Notes: generated by a model not told the origin, from the letters alone. Counted from the first letter of the stretch, positions 36,934-47,359 are shown. The stretch: 64,000 nt of DNA from an uncultured SAR86 cluster bacterium (GCA_902608115.1 CACLMT010000002.1:31767-95766); one strand, 5' to 3'. Translations and numbers: made by a program.

Positions 36934-38389
36934 TGATGCATTACCTTATTTGCGCAGTCTTCACAGTCTTTTATCGTCTATTTCAAGCTCACAGAATGAT
37001 ACTGAAGACGTATCTATGCGGATTGATCTATCAAAACGCTTAGTTGATCTTCTGATTGTTCAATTAGAGGCATCCCACTCTTTCAAAGATGATTGTATTG
37101 ATAGGCTTTCTGAAATAGTTATTAGATTAGAAAAGCTATTACCACAATCAGATAAGAATAAATTACTTTTAATGGACTTACAAAAGATTTGTGATGCGAA
37201 GACTGTAAAGGCTTATGATCAATTTTTGGAAATTTCTAGTAAAATCCAGCGAGAACTTATACAGCTGAATACTACGAAAGCTCTAGAGTTATCCAAGTTA
37301 CTTTTTGGTATCGAAAAAGACTACTGCCAACAAATTTCTGATGCAATTTTTGCCCAAAATAATTTAAACAGTAACAGCAAAGAGTCAACTTCAGCACGAA
37401 ATGCACGTAGTTTTAGTACTCATGACATGACTGCTTTTATTCGTGATCAATTTCCTGAAGAGACAGAAACCATTATCGCAAATGTCTCATTTGTTGCAGG
37501 CGGATATTCTAAATTCACAGCAGACATAAGTTTAGCGAAAACCACATCACTTCCAAAAAATATAATCTTACGTGGAGATTCAGATGATGCATTTGGAGGT
37601 ATGTCAGTAGTTGATGAGTATCAATTAATAGAAACCGTTTATGAGAATGGAGTTTGTGCACCCAAGCCATTGGCTATAGCAAAAAATGATGATGTATTTG
37701 GCTCTCCTTTTATGTTGATGGAGAAAATGTCTGGAACTTGTATAGGGCATATGTATGACATTCCACCTATTCGTTCTGATTCTTTGGTTCAAGATATTGC
37801 TAAGAAACTCTCTTCAATACATAGCATTCCTTTAAAAATGTTAAATAAAACAACCAATGGTGTAGATTGTCTTTCTAGCGATAAAGCTCTCAGCTGGATA
37901 TCTTCATCAGAGACTTCATGGCTACCATTGAATCTTCCTTCACCAGCATTTTCTGCAGCTTTTGAATGGCTTCGGCATAATGTAAAACTATATGATAATG
38001 GGCCTCGATCTTTAGTTCATGGGGATTATGGTTTGAATAATTTATTGATTGAAGATGAGTGCGTAACTGGGATTCTTGACTGGGAACATTCGCATGTCGG
38101 TAATCCGTCATACGATCTTGGCTATTTTCATCCAATGGCAGAGACATTAGCTTCATGGTCCTTATTTCTTGATGCTTATGCCAATACAGGCGCACCTATG
38201 CCGAATGAAGATCAAATTAATTATAGTGTTTTGCTTGGAGCCACTAGGGTGGGTGTAATGGTTTGCCAAGTAAGAAGTGCATTTCTTAATAATCAAGAAA
38301 CTGGAATTGCTTCCTCTATAGGAATTGCAGGTGATTATTATGATGTGGCCGTAATACGTATTTCAAATGCTTTAGAAAAGGTCCTTTGA
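36920..38389 (+). CDS. APH/phosphotransferase family protein with N-terminal helical extension
   Basis: GGYSK, LVHGDYG..N, ILDWE. Confidence 0.8.
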   Translation: MQMNNDALPYLRSLHSLLSSISSSQNDTEDVSMRIDLSKRLVDLLIVQLEASHSFKDDCIDRLSEIVIRLEKLLPQSDKNKLLLMDLQKICDAKTVKAYDQFLEISSKIQRELIQLNTTKALELSKLLFGIEKDYCQQISDAIFAQNNLNSNSKESTSARNARSFSTHDMTAFIRDQFPEETETIIANVSFVAGGYSKFTADISLAKTTSLPKNIILRGDSDDAFGGMSVVDEYQLIETVYENGVCAPKPLAIAKNDDVFGSPFMLMEKMSGTCIGHMYDIPPIRSDSLVQDIAKKLSSIHSIPLKMLNKTTNGVDCLSSDKALSWISSSETSWLPLNLPSPAFSAAFEWLRHNVKLYDNGPRSLVHGDYGLNNLLIEDECVTGILDWEHSHVGNPSYDLGYFHPMAETLASWSLFLDAYANTGAPMPNEDQINYSVLLGATRVGVMVCQVRSAFLNNQETGIASSIGIAGDYYDVAVIRISNALEKVL

Positions 38390-39447
38390 TGAATACTTAT
38401 AAACGAGACAGAACTAGACTTGGAGCATATTTATTACCTGGAAGAATTAAAAATCCAACTGATGTAATAGCTCAAGCAGCAAAAGGTGAAGAATTAGGTC
38501 TTGGAACTCTATGGCTTAGCGAAAGATGGGGAAATAAAGATATTGGAGCAATATGTGGTGCTGTTAGTCAAGCCGCACCATCTACATATATTGCTGCAGG
38601 TACAACCCATTTTCTTACTAGACATCCTGCAGTTTTAGCATCAATGGCAATGACCTTGCAGTCATTGAGCGGAGGAAAGTTTTTACTTGGTATAGGTCGC
38701 GGTGTCCCAGAAATGTTTCGGGCTATAGGATTGCCCAATATTTCTTTTAAACACTTAATTGATAGTGTGGCTATTCATAAAAAACTTTGTAAAGGAGAGT
38801 TAGTAAACTATAAAGGTGTATTGGGTGAATATAATGGTATGCAGTTAATTGATTTGCCAGATGTAAAACAACCTCCCATTATTTTAGGGGCAATTGGGCC
38901 AAAAGCATTGCAGGTAGCCGGGACTCACTTTGATGGCGTAATACTTCATCCATTCTTAACTCCTGATGGGGTTAATCGATGTAGTAAGATTGTTAAGAAT
39001 GCAGCCACCGCAGCAGGACGAGATCCTGATAATATCAAAATTTATGCAACAGTTGTTCTTGCAGCGGACCTAACTCCTGACAAGGAAGAAGAAGTGGTTG
39101 GCGGGAGGGCAGTTAGTTATTTTCAAAATCAAAGTTATGCAGACATATTAGTGGGCTTTAATGGATGGGATAAAAATATTTTAAGGAAATTATGGGAGCA
39201 TCCCCTTCTTAAAAATCTTAAAAGCAATGCAGACCAAACTTTTACTAACGAAGAGCTAGCTGAAGTAAGCCGTGTTTTACCAAAAGAGTGGTTATTATCT
39301 GGAGGTGCTGTAGGTAGCAAGGAGCACTGTGCATCTCGTCTCGATGATTATCTAGCTGTAGCTGACAATATCATTATTCATGGATCTACTCCAGATAAGC
39401 TTACTCCAACAATAAAAGTATTTACGAATAAAACTTTATTAGATTAA
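38386..39447 (+). CDS. LLM-class probable F420-dependent oxidoreductase (MSMEG_2249-like)
   Basis: LSERW..KD, TRHP, LGIGRG, DGVILHPFLT, IIHGSTP. Confidence 0.8.
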   Translation: MMNTYKRDRTRLGAYLLPGRIKNPTDVIAQAAKGEELGLGTLWLSERWGNKDIGAICGAVSQAAPSTYIAAGTTHFLTRHPAVLASMAMTLQSLSGGKFLLGIGRGVPEMFRAIGLPNISFKHLIDSVAIHKKLCKGELVNYKGVLGEYNGMQLIDLPDVKQPPIILGAIGPKALQVAGTHFDGVILHPFLTPDGVNRCSKIVKNAATAAGRDPDNIKIYATVVLAADLTPDKEEEVVGGRAVSYFQNQSYADILVGFNGWDKNILRKLWEHPLLKNLKSNADQTFTNEELAEVSRVLPKEWLLSGGAVGSKEHCASRLDDYLAVADNIIIHGSTPDKLTPTIKVFTNKTLLD

Positions 39448-39453
39448 GTAAGT

Positions 39454-39530
39454 TGGCGCACCCGGAGAGATTCGAACTCCCGACCCCTTGGTTCGTAGCC
39501 AAGTACTCTATCCAGCTGAGCTACGGGCGC
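39454..39530 (-). tRNA. tRNA-Arg(ACG)
   Basis: GCGCCCGTAGCTCAGCTGGATAGAG...CTTGG-CTACGAA-CCAAG...GTTCGAATC...GCCA. Confidence 0.96.
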
Positions 39531-39640
39531 ATATAAACATGATTATATGTTTATTTAATTTTTTCTGCTTATCTAATTTGTGTATTAATTATAAAAAATA
39601 GTACTATCTATAGTTAATTATAAAAATAAACTAATGAGCA

Positions 39641-40465
39641 ATGTTTGAACTTAAATTACTAAGTGGAGCTCTTGGAGCAGAGTTGTATGGAGTCAATCTT
39701 GCAAAAGATCTTTCAAATGATGTTTTAAAAGAAATGAGAAGATTGCTTGTTGAGCATGAAGTTATTTTTTTTCGAGATCAAGATATTTCTCATGAACAGC
39801 ATAAACAAATAGCTCATTTCTTTGGGCCCCTTCAGACTCATCCAGCATATGGAACGGTTCCAGATTTTCCTGAAATAACTATTTTAGAAAGCACAGCTGA
39901 AAAACCTACAAAAATTGAAAAATGGCACACTGATATGACATTCAGAGAACATCCGCCGATGGGTTCTATCTTAAGATCCAAAATTTGCCCGCCTAGTGGT
40001 GGAGATACATTATGGTCTAGTATGACCAGCGCGTATGAAGCTTTATCTCAACCTATGAAAGATTTTTTAGATAATCTTAATGCTGAGCATGACTTTTCTC
40101 ATGGCTTCAAAGAAAGTCTAGCTGAACCGGGAGGTCGAGAAAGACTAAAAGATGCGATTAAAGATAATCCCCCAGTTATTCATCCAGTAATTCAAACTCA
40201 TCCAGAAAGTGGTAAAAAAGTAATTTTTGTAAATACACTTTTTACCACTAAAATCATTGAATTATCAGCAGATGAAAGTAATTCTATTTTAAATTTCTTA
40301 TACGATTATATAAAAACTCCAGAATTTACTTGTAGATTTAGTTGGGAGCCAAACAGTATTGCATTTTGGGATAATAGGAGTACACAACACAAACCAGTTA
40401 ATGACTATTTTCCTTCACATAGAATGCTTGAAAGAATAACCATAGATGGCAATAAACCATATTAA
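39641..40465 (+). CDS. TauD/TfdA family alpha-ketoglutarate-dependent dioxygenase
   Basis: WHTD, GGDT, HPVIQTHPESG, WDNRSTQH. Confidence 0.92.
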   Translation: MFELKLLSGALGAELYGVNLAKDLSNDVLKEMRRLLVEHEVIFFRDQDISHEQHKQIAHFFGPLQTHPAYGTVPDFPEITILESTAEKPTKIEKWHTDMTFREHPPMGSILRSKICPPSGGDTLWSSMTSAYEALSQPMKDFLDNLNAEHDFSHGFKESLAEPGGRERLKDAIKDNPPVIHPVIQTHPESGKKVIFVNTLFTTKIIELSADESNSILNFLYDYIKTPEFTCRFSWEPNSIAFWDNRSTQHKPVNDYFPSHRMLERITIDGNKPY

Positions 40466-40556
40466 TAATTAGGCCTCTTTAATAGTGTTACTTTCTTTAC
40501 CGATATATAAAAAAACTTTATATTAAAACTATATTAAATATACACATATTTGTTGA

Positions 40557-41027
40557 ATGCCAAACTTTGAAACCATCATTCTTATCCTGCAAACTTTAGG
40601 ACCGTTTACTGTTCTTGTAACTGTTTATTTCTTAGTAACTGAGCTTAGGGAACAAAACAGAGTTGCTAGAGCAAATGCCCGTCAAAATATTGCTGACTCC
40701 CATCAAAAACTTGCATTGGCAGGTATGAAAACAATTTTAGTACAAGCAAAACTTAAACTAAGAAATGACGAAGAACTCAATAAAGAAGAAAATGCTCAAT
40801 ATTTAACTTATTTTAGCTTAATGCTGAGGGCTAGAGAAAACCAACATTATCAATTTAAAATAGGCATGTTAGATGAAGGTGAATGGGAATCAATGTTGAC
40901 TTCATTTAAAACTTTATTTAAAGAACCAAAACACTTAGAAATTTGGGATTTTATTAAAATTACTTTTTCAGATGATTTTGTTGCTTTGGTTGATGAGCAA
41001 ATTAATCAAACCAAGCTATATGGATAA
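40557..41027 (+). CDS. Hypothetical membrane-anchored protein, first gene of the c-di-GMP operon
   Basis: N-terminal TM segment followed by a helical domain. Confidence 0.6.
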   Translation: MPNFETIILILQTLGPFTVLVTVYFLVTELREQNRVARANARQNIADSHQKLALAGMKTILVQAKLKLRNDEELNKEENAQYLTYFSLMLRARENQHYQFKIGMLDEGEWESMLTSFKTLFKEPKHLEIWDFIKITFSDDFVALVDEQINQTKLYG

Positions 41028-41029
41028 TT

Positions 41030-42124
41030 ATGCATACTGACCAAGAGCTTAATTATTTAACTAAATCATTACTTCATCACCCAAGCCCATACATTATTTA
41101 TGAGTTAGATGGATCAATTGCTTGGGCAAATATTGCAGCTAAATATATATTTAATTTATCTAAGTTAGATGAATTAGGCGTTGTTAAAATAGATGATCAG
41201 ATTACAAAGAACTTTGGTGATCTAGGCTCAATAGCGCTTTATTACGATACACCTATAGAAATTTCATTGAGAGAGATAAATTTCTTTATGAGAACTAGGG
41301 TACATATGATTCCAGTTGATATTTCTAGCGGGATTATGTTGATTGAACTTTTGTGTTCTTCTCGTTCTGGACTTGATGCATTAAGAAAAACAATTGATTG
41401 TATTGAGCACAATCGAATTGAATTGGCTTATCAAAAACAGGTTAATTTAGAAACCGATGAAGTGACTGGTGTTGAAGCGTTGCTAAGATTACAAGACGGA
41501 GAGGGAGGCTATTTAGCCAATGATGAAATTATTCCGCAGATTGAAGGGGAAAGTCTTTTTTCTTTGGTCGTTTTAGAGTCTCTTGTTCAACTGGAGAAAT
41601 TTTTCGCTATAAAGCAAGAAATTGGTTTTGGTGACGCTACTTTGTATCTTAATGTATCAGCTCACACAATTATGCATCCAGAATTTTGTAAAATTTTTAC
41701 TGATTTTGTGGAGAAACATAGCCTCGCACCTAATCAGTTTGGGTTAGAAGTTACTGAAACAGCTGAACTTGCGGATATGAACGTTGCATCTGCGTCCCTT
41801 AATGCTCTTAAAAAGAAAGGCATTAAAATTTCGTTAGATGATTTTGGAGCTGGATATGCATCATTGAAATATGTGCGCGATCTACCAATAGATGTTGTAA
41901 AGCTCGACAAACATTTTACTTTTAATGTTTCAGATCCTTCTACTGCAAGGCTAATTAGTTTTGTAACAGAAGTATGCAATGATCTTGATTTAGAGATGAT
42001 TGGAGAAGGCATTGAAACTGAAGAGGATAAGCAGGCAATGTTAGATCTGGGTTGCAAAATTGGACAAGGTTATCTAATGCATAGACCAGATTTTTTAGAT
42101 TCATTTATTGATAAGGACAAGTAA
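41030..42124 (+). CDS. EAL-domain c-di-GMP phosphodiesterase with N-terminal PAS-like region
   Basis: YQ, EALLR, LNVSA, LEVTE, LDDFGAGYASL, KLD, EGIET, QGY. Confidence 0.88.
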   Translation: MHTDQELNYLTKSLLHHPSPYIIYELDGSIAWANIAAKYIFNLSKLDELGVVKIDDQITKNFGDLGSIALYYDTPIEISLREINFFMRTRVHMIPVDISSGIMLIELLCSSRSGLDALRKTIDCIEHNRIELAYQKQVNLETDEVTGVEALLRLQDGEGGYLANDEIIPQIEGESLFSLVVLESLVQLEKFFAIKQEIGFGDATLYLNVSAHTIMHPEFCKIFTDFVEKHSLAPNQFGLEVTETAELADMNVASASLNALKKKGIKISLDDFGAGYASLKYVRDLPIDVVKLDKHFTFNVSDPSTARLISFVTEVCNDLDLEMIGEGIETEEDKQAMLDLGCKIGQGYLMHRPDFLDSFIDKDK

Positions 42125-43613
42125 TAACATGGATAAATTGAGACCCAAAGAATCATCAAAGGGCGCAGAAGAAATTGTCTTAACTCAAATAAAACAGGAT
42201 TTTATTACACCTGCTAATGCAATATTTGATTATGTTGATATGGTTGAAAAGGCTCTTCACCAAAAAGATTTAATATTTAATGATGAAATAGATCAAATTA
42301 AATCATCATGCACCAAGCTAATTAATCAATATGAAGAAGCTTTTGTAGAGAATACTGGCGTCAATGCTGAATCCATTAAAAAATCTTCAGAAGAATATTC
42401 TGAGCTTAGACATAATTTACGTACTCCATTAAATGCAATTATTGGTTACAGTGAAATTTTAATAGAAGATTTTGAAGATAGTTTAGAAAAGGGGACAATT
42501 GAAGATTTTGAACAAATTATTAATTTAGCTCGCGAAACTGAAAAGGCTATTGAAATATTTGTTGATTACATAAGAGGCGAATCAATTAATGCTAATAATG
42601 ATGCATCATCCAATCAATTAGAAAGCGCAGAAGCATTATTTAAATCCTTAGGGGATATTGAATATTCAATAATTCTAGACGACGACATTAAGCAATCAGA
42701 TATATTAATAGTTGATGACAACAAAACGAATTGTGAAGTTTTACAAAGACGTCTCTCAATGCAAGGTTTGAGCTGCAGAACTTCTTATGATGGAAACTCA
42801 GCAATTGCAGAAGTCTTTAAGAAGACTCCTGATTTAATATTATTGGATGTAATTCTTCCAGATATAAATGGATTGGAACTTCTAAAAACATTTAGAAAGG
42901 AGCACAATTCAGAATCGCTTCCAGTGATAATGGTTTCAGCCTTTGATGATGTTGATAGCATTTCTAAATGTATTCAATTAGGCGCTCAGGATTACTTACC
43001 TAAACCAATAAATGGAACAATTTTATTAGCTAAAGTTGTTGCCGCTTTGGAAAGGAAGTTTTGGAGAGAGCGTGAAAAAAAGCTAGTAGACAAATTGCAT
43101 ATTCAAGCAACAACCGATCAATTAACAGGTATATATAATCGTCGTGTAATTTTTGAAGCTTTAGATGAGGCAATGGATAATTCCAAGAAATCTAAAGATA
43201 GGGATTTCTCAATTATTATTTTCGATATAGACTTCTTTAAAAAAGTTAATGATACATATGGTCATGCGGGTGGCGATGCTGTTTTGATATCTTTTGCTCA
43301 ATTATTACAAACAGAAATATCTTCACCAAATATTGTTGGCAGGATTGGAGGTGAAGAGTTTTTAGCTATTCTCTATCTGAGTAAAGATCAAGCTGTTGAA
43401 TTTTGTAAAAAATTGATTAAAAAAATTAATAAAAATGTTGTTAATTTTGATGGAATTGATATAAAGATTACTTCTAGTGGAGGTGTTGCATTTTCAAACG
43501 AAACTGAAACATCAGCTGACTTGACGAACAAAGCAGATGAAAGGCTTTATGAAGCGAAAAAAGAAGGTAGGAATAGATTTAAATTAATTGATATAGAATT
43601 ACTTGGAGACTAA
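42108..43613 (+). CDS. HisKA-like/REC/GGDEF diguanylate cyclase response regulator (likely start ATG 42129)
   Basis: RHNLRTPLNAIIGYSE, ILIVDD...DLILLDV..P, DQLTG, DIDFFK.VND.YGH..GD, GGEEF. Confidence 0.88.
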   Translation: MIRTSNNMDKLRPKESSKGAEEIVLTQIKQDFITPANAIFDYVDMVEKALHQKDLIFNDEIDQIKSSCTKLINQYEEAFVENTGVNAESIKKSSEEYSELRHNLRTPLNAIIGYSEILIEDFEDSLEKGTIEDFEQIINLARETEKAIEIFVDYIRGESINANNDASSNQLESAEALFKSLGDIEYSIILDDDIKQSDILIVDDNKTNCEVLQRRLSMQGLSCRTSYDGNSAIAEVFKKTPDLILLDVILPDINGLELLKTFRKEHNSESLPVIMVSAFDDVDSISKCIQLGAQDYLPKPINGTILLAKVVAALERKFWREREKKLVDKLHIQATTDQLTGIYNRRVIFEALDEAMDNSKKSKDRDFSIIIFDIDFFKKVNDTYGHAGGDAVLISFAQLLQTEISSPNIVGRIGGEEFLAILYLSKDQAVEFCKKLIKKINKNVVNFDGIDIKITSSGGVAFSNETETSADLTNKADERLYEAKKEGRNRFKLIDIELLGD

Positions 43614-43616
43614 ATA

Positions 43617-43982
43617 ATGGCTAAGATTTTATACGTTGAAGATAATGAAATGAATCGTGATATGTTATCTCGTCGATTATCGAGAAGAGGTTATGAAGTT
43701 ATTATGGCTGTTGATGGTCAAGCAGGAATAGATATGATGAGAAGCGAAGCTCCAGATATAGTTCTTATGGACATGGGTTTACCAGTATTAGATGGTTGGG
43801 AGGCTACTGTTCAAGCAAAAGCAGATGATTCTATTAATTCAATTCCAATTATTGCATTAACTGCTCATGCATTAGAATCTGATAAACAAAAAGCATTAGA
43901 GTGTGGCGCGGACGATTTTGATACTAAGCCAATTGACTTTAAGAGGTTATTAGAAAAGATTGAATCGCTTGTTGCTTCTTAA
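43617..43982 (+). CDS. Single-domain response regulator (DivK/CheY-like)
   Basis: ILYVEDN, IVLMDM.LP..DG, IIALTA, TKPI. Confidence 0.92.
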   Translation: MAKILYVEDNEMNRDMLSRRLSRRGYEVIMAVDGQAGIDMMRSEAPDIVLMDMGLPVLDGWEATVQAKADDSINSIPIIALTAHALESDKQKALECGADDFDTKPIDFKRLLEKIESLVAS

Positions 43983-46960
43983 TTGCCTTGAACAATTCCT
44001 TGAATCATTTTTGATAAGTTATCCATAGATACTTCATCTTTCTTAACTAGCCCAACAACTCTTTCTTTCAAGAGGTCCTCTTGAACGTCTGTTAAATCTT
44101 TTCCTGAAAACACAAGCACAGGCGCTCTTTTTTCTTCTGGCACATCTTTTATGTAGTTATCTAAAAATTCAAATCCATCCATCCTCGGCATTTCTAAATC
44201 TAGGATTATTAATGCAGGATTATCCTTGGTTCGTTCTAGACCTTCCTTTCCATCTCTAGCATCAATAGGTCTATATCCAGCATCTTTTAATAGTCGTGAT
44301 AGTAACTCTCTTATATCTTTATCGTCATCAATTACCAATACTTTTTGATTACTAGATTTAGTTCCCAAATATTTTTTAATAATATTGATAAAGAGGGTTC
44401 TGTCGATGGGTTTGGTTAAATAATCATTTGCTCCAAGGGATGCAGCAAGGTTTGATTGATTGAGCTGACTAATCATTATTACGGGTATATTTTTTAACTG
44501 AGAATCAGTTTTACATTCCTTAAGTAGAGACCATCCATCTCTTCCGGGCATCAAGACATCTAAAAGAATTAGTTTTGGTTTAACTTCACGAATTAATTCC
44601 ATGCCTTTTTCACTATTAGTAGCTCCTAAAAGAGTTAGATTAAGTTTTGAAATTGTTCTTTTAATTAAATCATGCATAGCAACATCATCATCTACAAGAA
44701 CAACTAAATTATCCTGATCGTCGAGATTAATTACATTGCTATCAACATCATCTTCATTATATTCAGGACATTCACGAGGAACAGAGAGGGTAAAAGTAGA
44801 CCCAGTTCCTTCAATGCTAGTTACCTTAACATCTCCTCCCATTATTTCTGCAAATTTTTTAGAAATAGGAAGGCCTAATCCTGTTCCTCCATAATTTGCT
44901 GCAGTAGATCTTTCAGCTTGAGTGTATTCTTCGAACACTTTATCAACTCCTTCTTGACTCATTCCTGCTCCAGTATCTATAACTGCAAAATCTACAAATT
45001 CTACATCACCATCCATTCGAGATTTTACATCTAATGTTACTGTGCCATTTTTTGTAAATTTAAAGCCATTACTAAGGAAGTTAGCTAGACATTGTCTCAG
45101 TTTAGTTTCATCCTGAGACATTGAACCCATAGCTCCATCAAGATTTATAACAAATCCATTATTATTTTTTGCAGCTAAAGGTTCTGAAACATCCTTAATT
45201 GTTTGAATCATATTTTCAATTTCAAAATTTGTTATAAATAACTCCATTTTTCCAGCTTCAATTTTTGATAGATCAAGGATATTATTAATTAATGAAAGCA
45301 GATGAGTTCCAGCTGAAGTAATCTTTTTTAAATCTGGTAATAAGTCGTCATATCCTAAATCCTCGCAATCTTCATATAGCATTTCTCCATAACCCAAGAT
45401 TGCATTTAAAGGTGTTCGCAATTCATGACTCATATTTGCAAAGAATTTTGTTTTTTGATCACTGGCGCTTCTTGCTTCATCTCTTGCTAGTTCCATTTCA
45501 CTAGTTCTTGCATCAATAAGACCATTTACTTCATCTGACATTCTTGAGAATGCAACTAACATTAATTCGACAGAAGCTTCTTCACTGGAATTTCTATCTG
45601 AACTTTCTGCTAACTCATTCATCTTTTTAATATCATTTAAAATAAGAGTTCTTGCATTCCCATCTAGTTGATCAGCTAAAGCTGTCATCTTTTCAATAAT
45701 TACTTCATCTCTTTCATGGCGTCGATTAGCCTGTTCTTCACGGATGGATTCCATTTCTACTAAATGTGATTTATAGCTGTGGAGAGCTGTTGATAGTTGG
45801 CCAACTTCATCATTTTTTGAAGCTAGTATCCCTTTTCTTGCTGGCATTTCTTGGGAGTGATCACCTTTTGTTAAGCCCTCTAATACCTCAATTGCCTTAG
45901 TAATACCACCAAAAGTTCTAGTGGTAATAAAAGCTATTAGAGAAATAATTAAAATTACAAAAGCAAGAGCACCTATATAAGTTATATTAAGCACATTTGC
46001 AGCTCTAAGAATATTTTCTCTTTCATCTTTAAAAATATATAGTTGAGCTTCATCAGCTGATAAGTATGAACTAAGAGGGAGAAGGGTTATTGAGGTTCCG
46101 AGATCGGTGTCTTTTGCAGAATATCTAGATCCGAAAGAATCTTTAAAAGTTCCAGCCTTATTTGTTAATTTATCAAAATTCTTCACATCAAAAAGATCAT
46201 CATCTGTATTACCAAATTGTTGATAATAATCATTCAAAGAAATTAAACCCGATTCAGTATTAATTGCAGTACGAACTTCAAACTCATCTTCAAATACTTC
46301 CAAACCTTTTCTAATATCAACACCTAAAGCAATGACTGCTAAGGTTTCACCTTCAATCTTTACTGGAAAACTTAATGCTTGATTTAGTGTTGAAGATTGC
46401 TCTTTATCTTTATCAATAATTTTAATAATTGATTGTCTTGGTCTTGTTGAAGCTTCATTTAAAAAGGAATCCAGATAACTAAAAAAATCAGGTCTTGCGT
46501 TTGGTGAGCAAGGATCAATTCCTAGAAGATCTAATGCACTTCCACAATATATTCTTTCACCTGATGGGAAATACACCATTACATAACTTAAATTTCCATA
46601 ATCTAACTCTTCTTCAAAAAATAGTTCAATCAGGTATTGAGCGTCTCCAATTCTTTTAGCGCTGATCGTATCTAAGAAAGGGTTTGTAAAATTATTACTG
46701 GGAGATACTTCATCCATGTATATCTCTGTATCAGGCTCCCAATAAGATGCATTTTCACCAGTTATAGGAAGCCACTTAGACATAACGTCAAATGATTTAT
46801 TATAGGTTTGGTACCATGCTGACTCATACAGAGTTAGCAAAGATTCGTTAGATGAGTTTTCTTGAATATTTTCTCTATAGCCAAAAGAAAATATAAATAT
46901 GGCAGCAACCAAGACATTACCAAGAACTCCAAAAAGTAACAATTGGAGTCTTATTGGCAT
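43979..46960 (-). CDS. Hybrid sensor histidine kinase (periplasmic sensor, HAMP, HisKA, HATPase, two REC)
   Basis: ANMSHELRTPLN, NFLSNGFKFT, DTGAGM, GGTGLGL, two receiver domains. Confidence 0.93.
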   Translation of the reverse strand: MPIRLQLLLFGVLGNVLVAAIFIFSFGYRENIQENSSNESLLTLYESAWYQTYNKSFDVMSKWLPITGENASYWEPDTEIYMDEVSPSNNFTNPFLDTISAKRIGDAQYLIELFFEEELDYGNLSYVMVYFPSGERIYCGSALDLLGIDPCSPNARPDFFSYLDSFLNEASTRPRQSIIKIIDKDKEQSSTLNQALSFPVKIEGETLAVIALGVDIRKGLEVFEDEFEVRTAINTESGLISLNDYYQQFGNTDDDLFDVKNFDKLTNKAGTFKDSFGSRYSAKDTDLGTSITLLPLSSYLSADEAQLYIFKDERENILRAANVLNITYIGALAFVILIISLIAFITTRTFGGITKAIEVLEGLTKGDHSQEMPARKGILASKNDEVGQLSTALHSYKSHLVEMESIREEQANRRHERDEVIIEKMTALADQLDGNARTLILNDIKKMNELAESSDRNSSEEASVELMLVAFSRMSDEVNGLIDARTSEMELARDEARSASDQKTKFFANMSHELRTPLNAILGYGEMLYEDCEDLGYDDLLPDLKKITSAGTHLLSLINNILDLSKIEAGKMELFITNFEIENMIQTIKDVSEPLAAKNNNGFVINLDGAMGSMSQDETKLRQCLANFLSNGFKFTKNGTVTLDVKSRMDGDVEFVDFAVIDTGAGMSQEGVDKVFEEYTQAERSTAANYGGTGLGLPISKKFAEIMGGDVKVTSIEGTGSTFTLSVPRECPEYNEDDVDSNVINLDDQDNLVVLVDDDVAMHDLIKRTISKLNLTLLGATNSEKGMELIREVKPKLILLDVLMPGRDGWSLLKECKTDSQLKNIPVIMISQLNQSNLAASLGANDYLTKPIDRTLFINIIKKYLGTKSSNQKVLVIDDDKDIRELLSRLLKDAGYRPIDARDGKEGLERTKDNPALIILDLEMPRMDGFEFLDNYIKDVPEEKRAPVLVFSGKDLTDVQEDLLKERVVGLVKKDEVSMDNLSKMIQGIVQGN

Positions 46961-46984
46961 AAGTTATATTTTGTTAATGCAGCT

Positions 46985-47359
46985 CTAGTCAGCCAGTTGA
47001 AAAGTTAGATGAATTTGTACGTTATTAACTTTTACTGATGTATTGTTATACATAGGTGGGTCGTAAAGAAATTTTCTTACAGCTTTAATAGCAGCTCTAT
47101 CAAATACGCCTGCAGGGTTACTTTCCACAACATAAGGGTCTAATACTGAACCATCCGTATCAACATCAAATTCAAGTCGAACAGATCCTTCAACCCCAAG
47201 TCTAATAGCTCGTCTAGGATATGTTGGAACAGGACTAGATATTCTAGTTACTTCAATTTCGATTCCATCATCTCCTACGTAACCCTTATCTCCAGCAAAA
47301 ATTGGTTGGGCTAATACAAAAGTAAAAATTATGATCAAAAAAGAATTAAATTTTTTCAT
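46985..47359 (-). CDS. TonB C-terminal domain protein
   Basis: P.YPRRA...GVEG.V.LEFDV..DG.V, VFDRAA..AV. Confidence 0.85.
   Translation of the reverse strand: MKKFNSFLIIIFTFVLAQPIFAGDKGYVGDDGIEIEVTRISSPVPTYPRRAIRLGVEGSVRLEFDVDTDGSVLDPYVVESNPAGVFDRAAIKAVRKFLYDPPMYNNTSVKVNNVQIHLTFQLAD

Noticed and set aside
14839-39530. The two tRNA-Arg genes as attL/attR of a 24.6-kb island
   Set aside because: Both are full-length with different anticodons, no integrase is present, and many intervening genes look like ordinary metabolic genes
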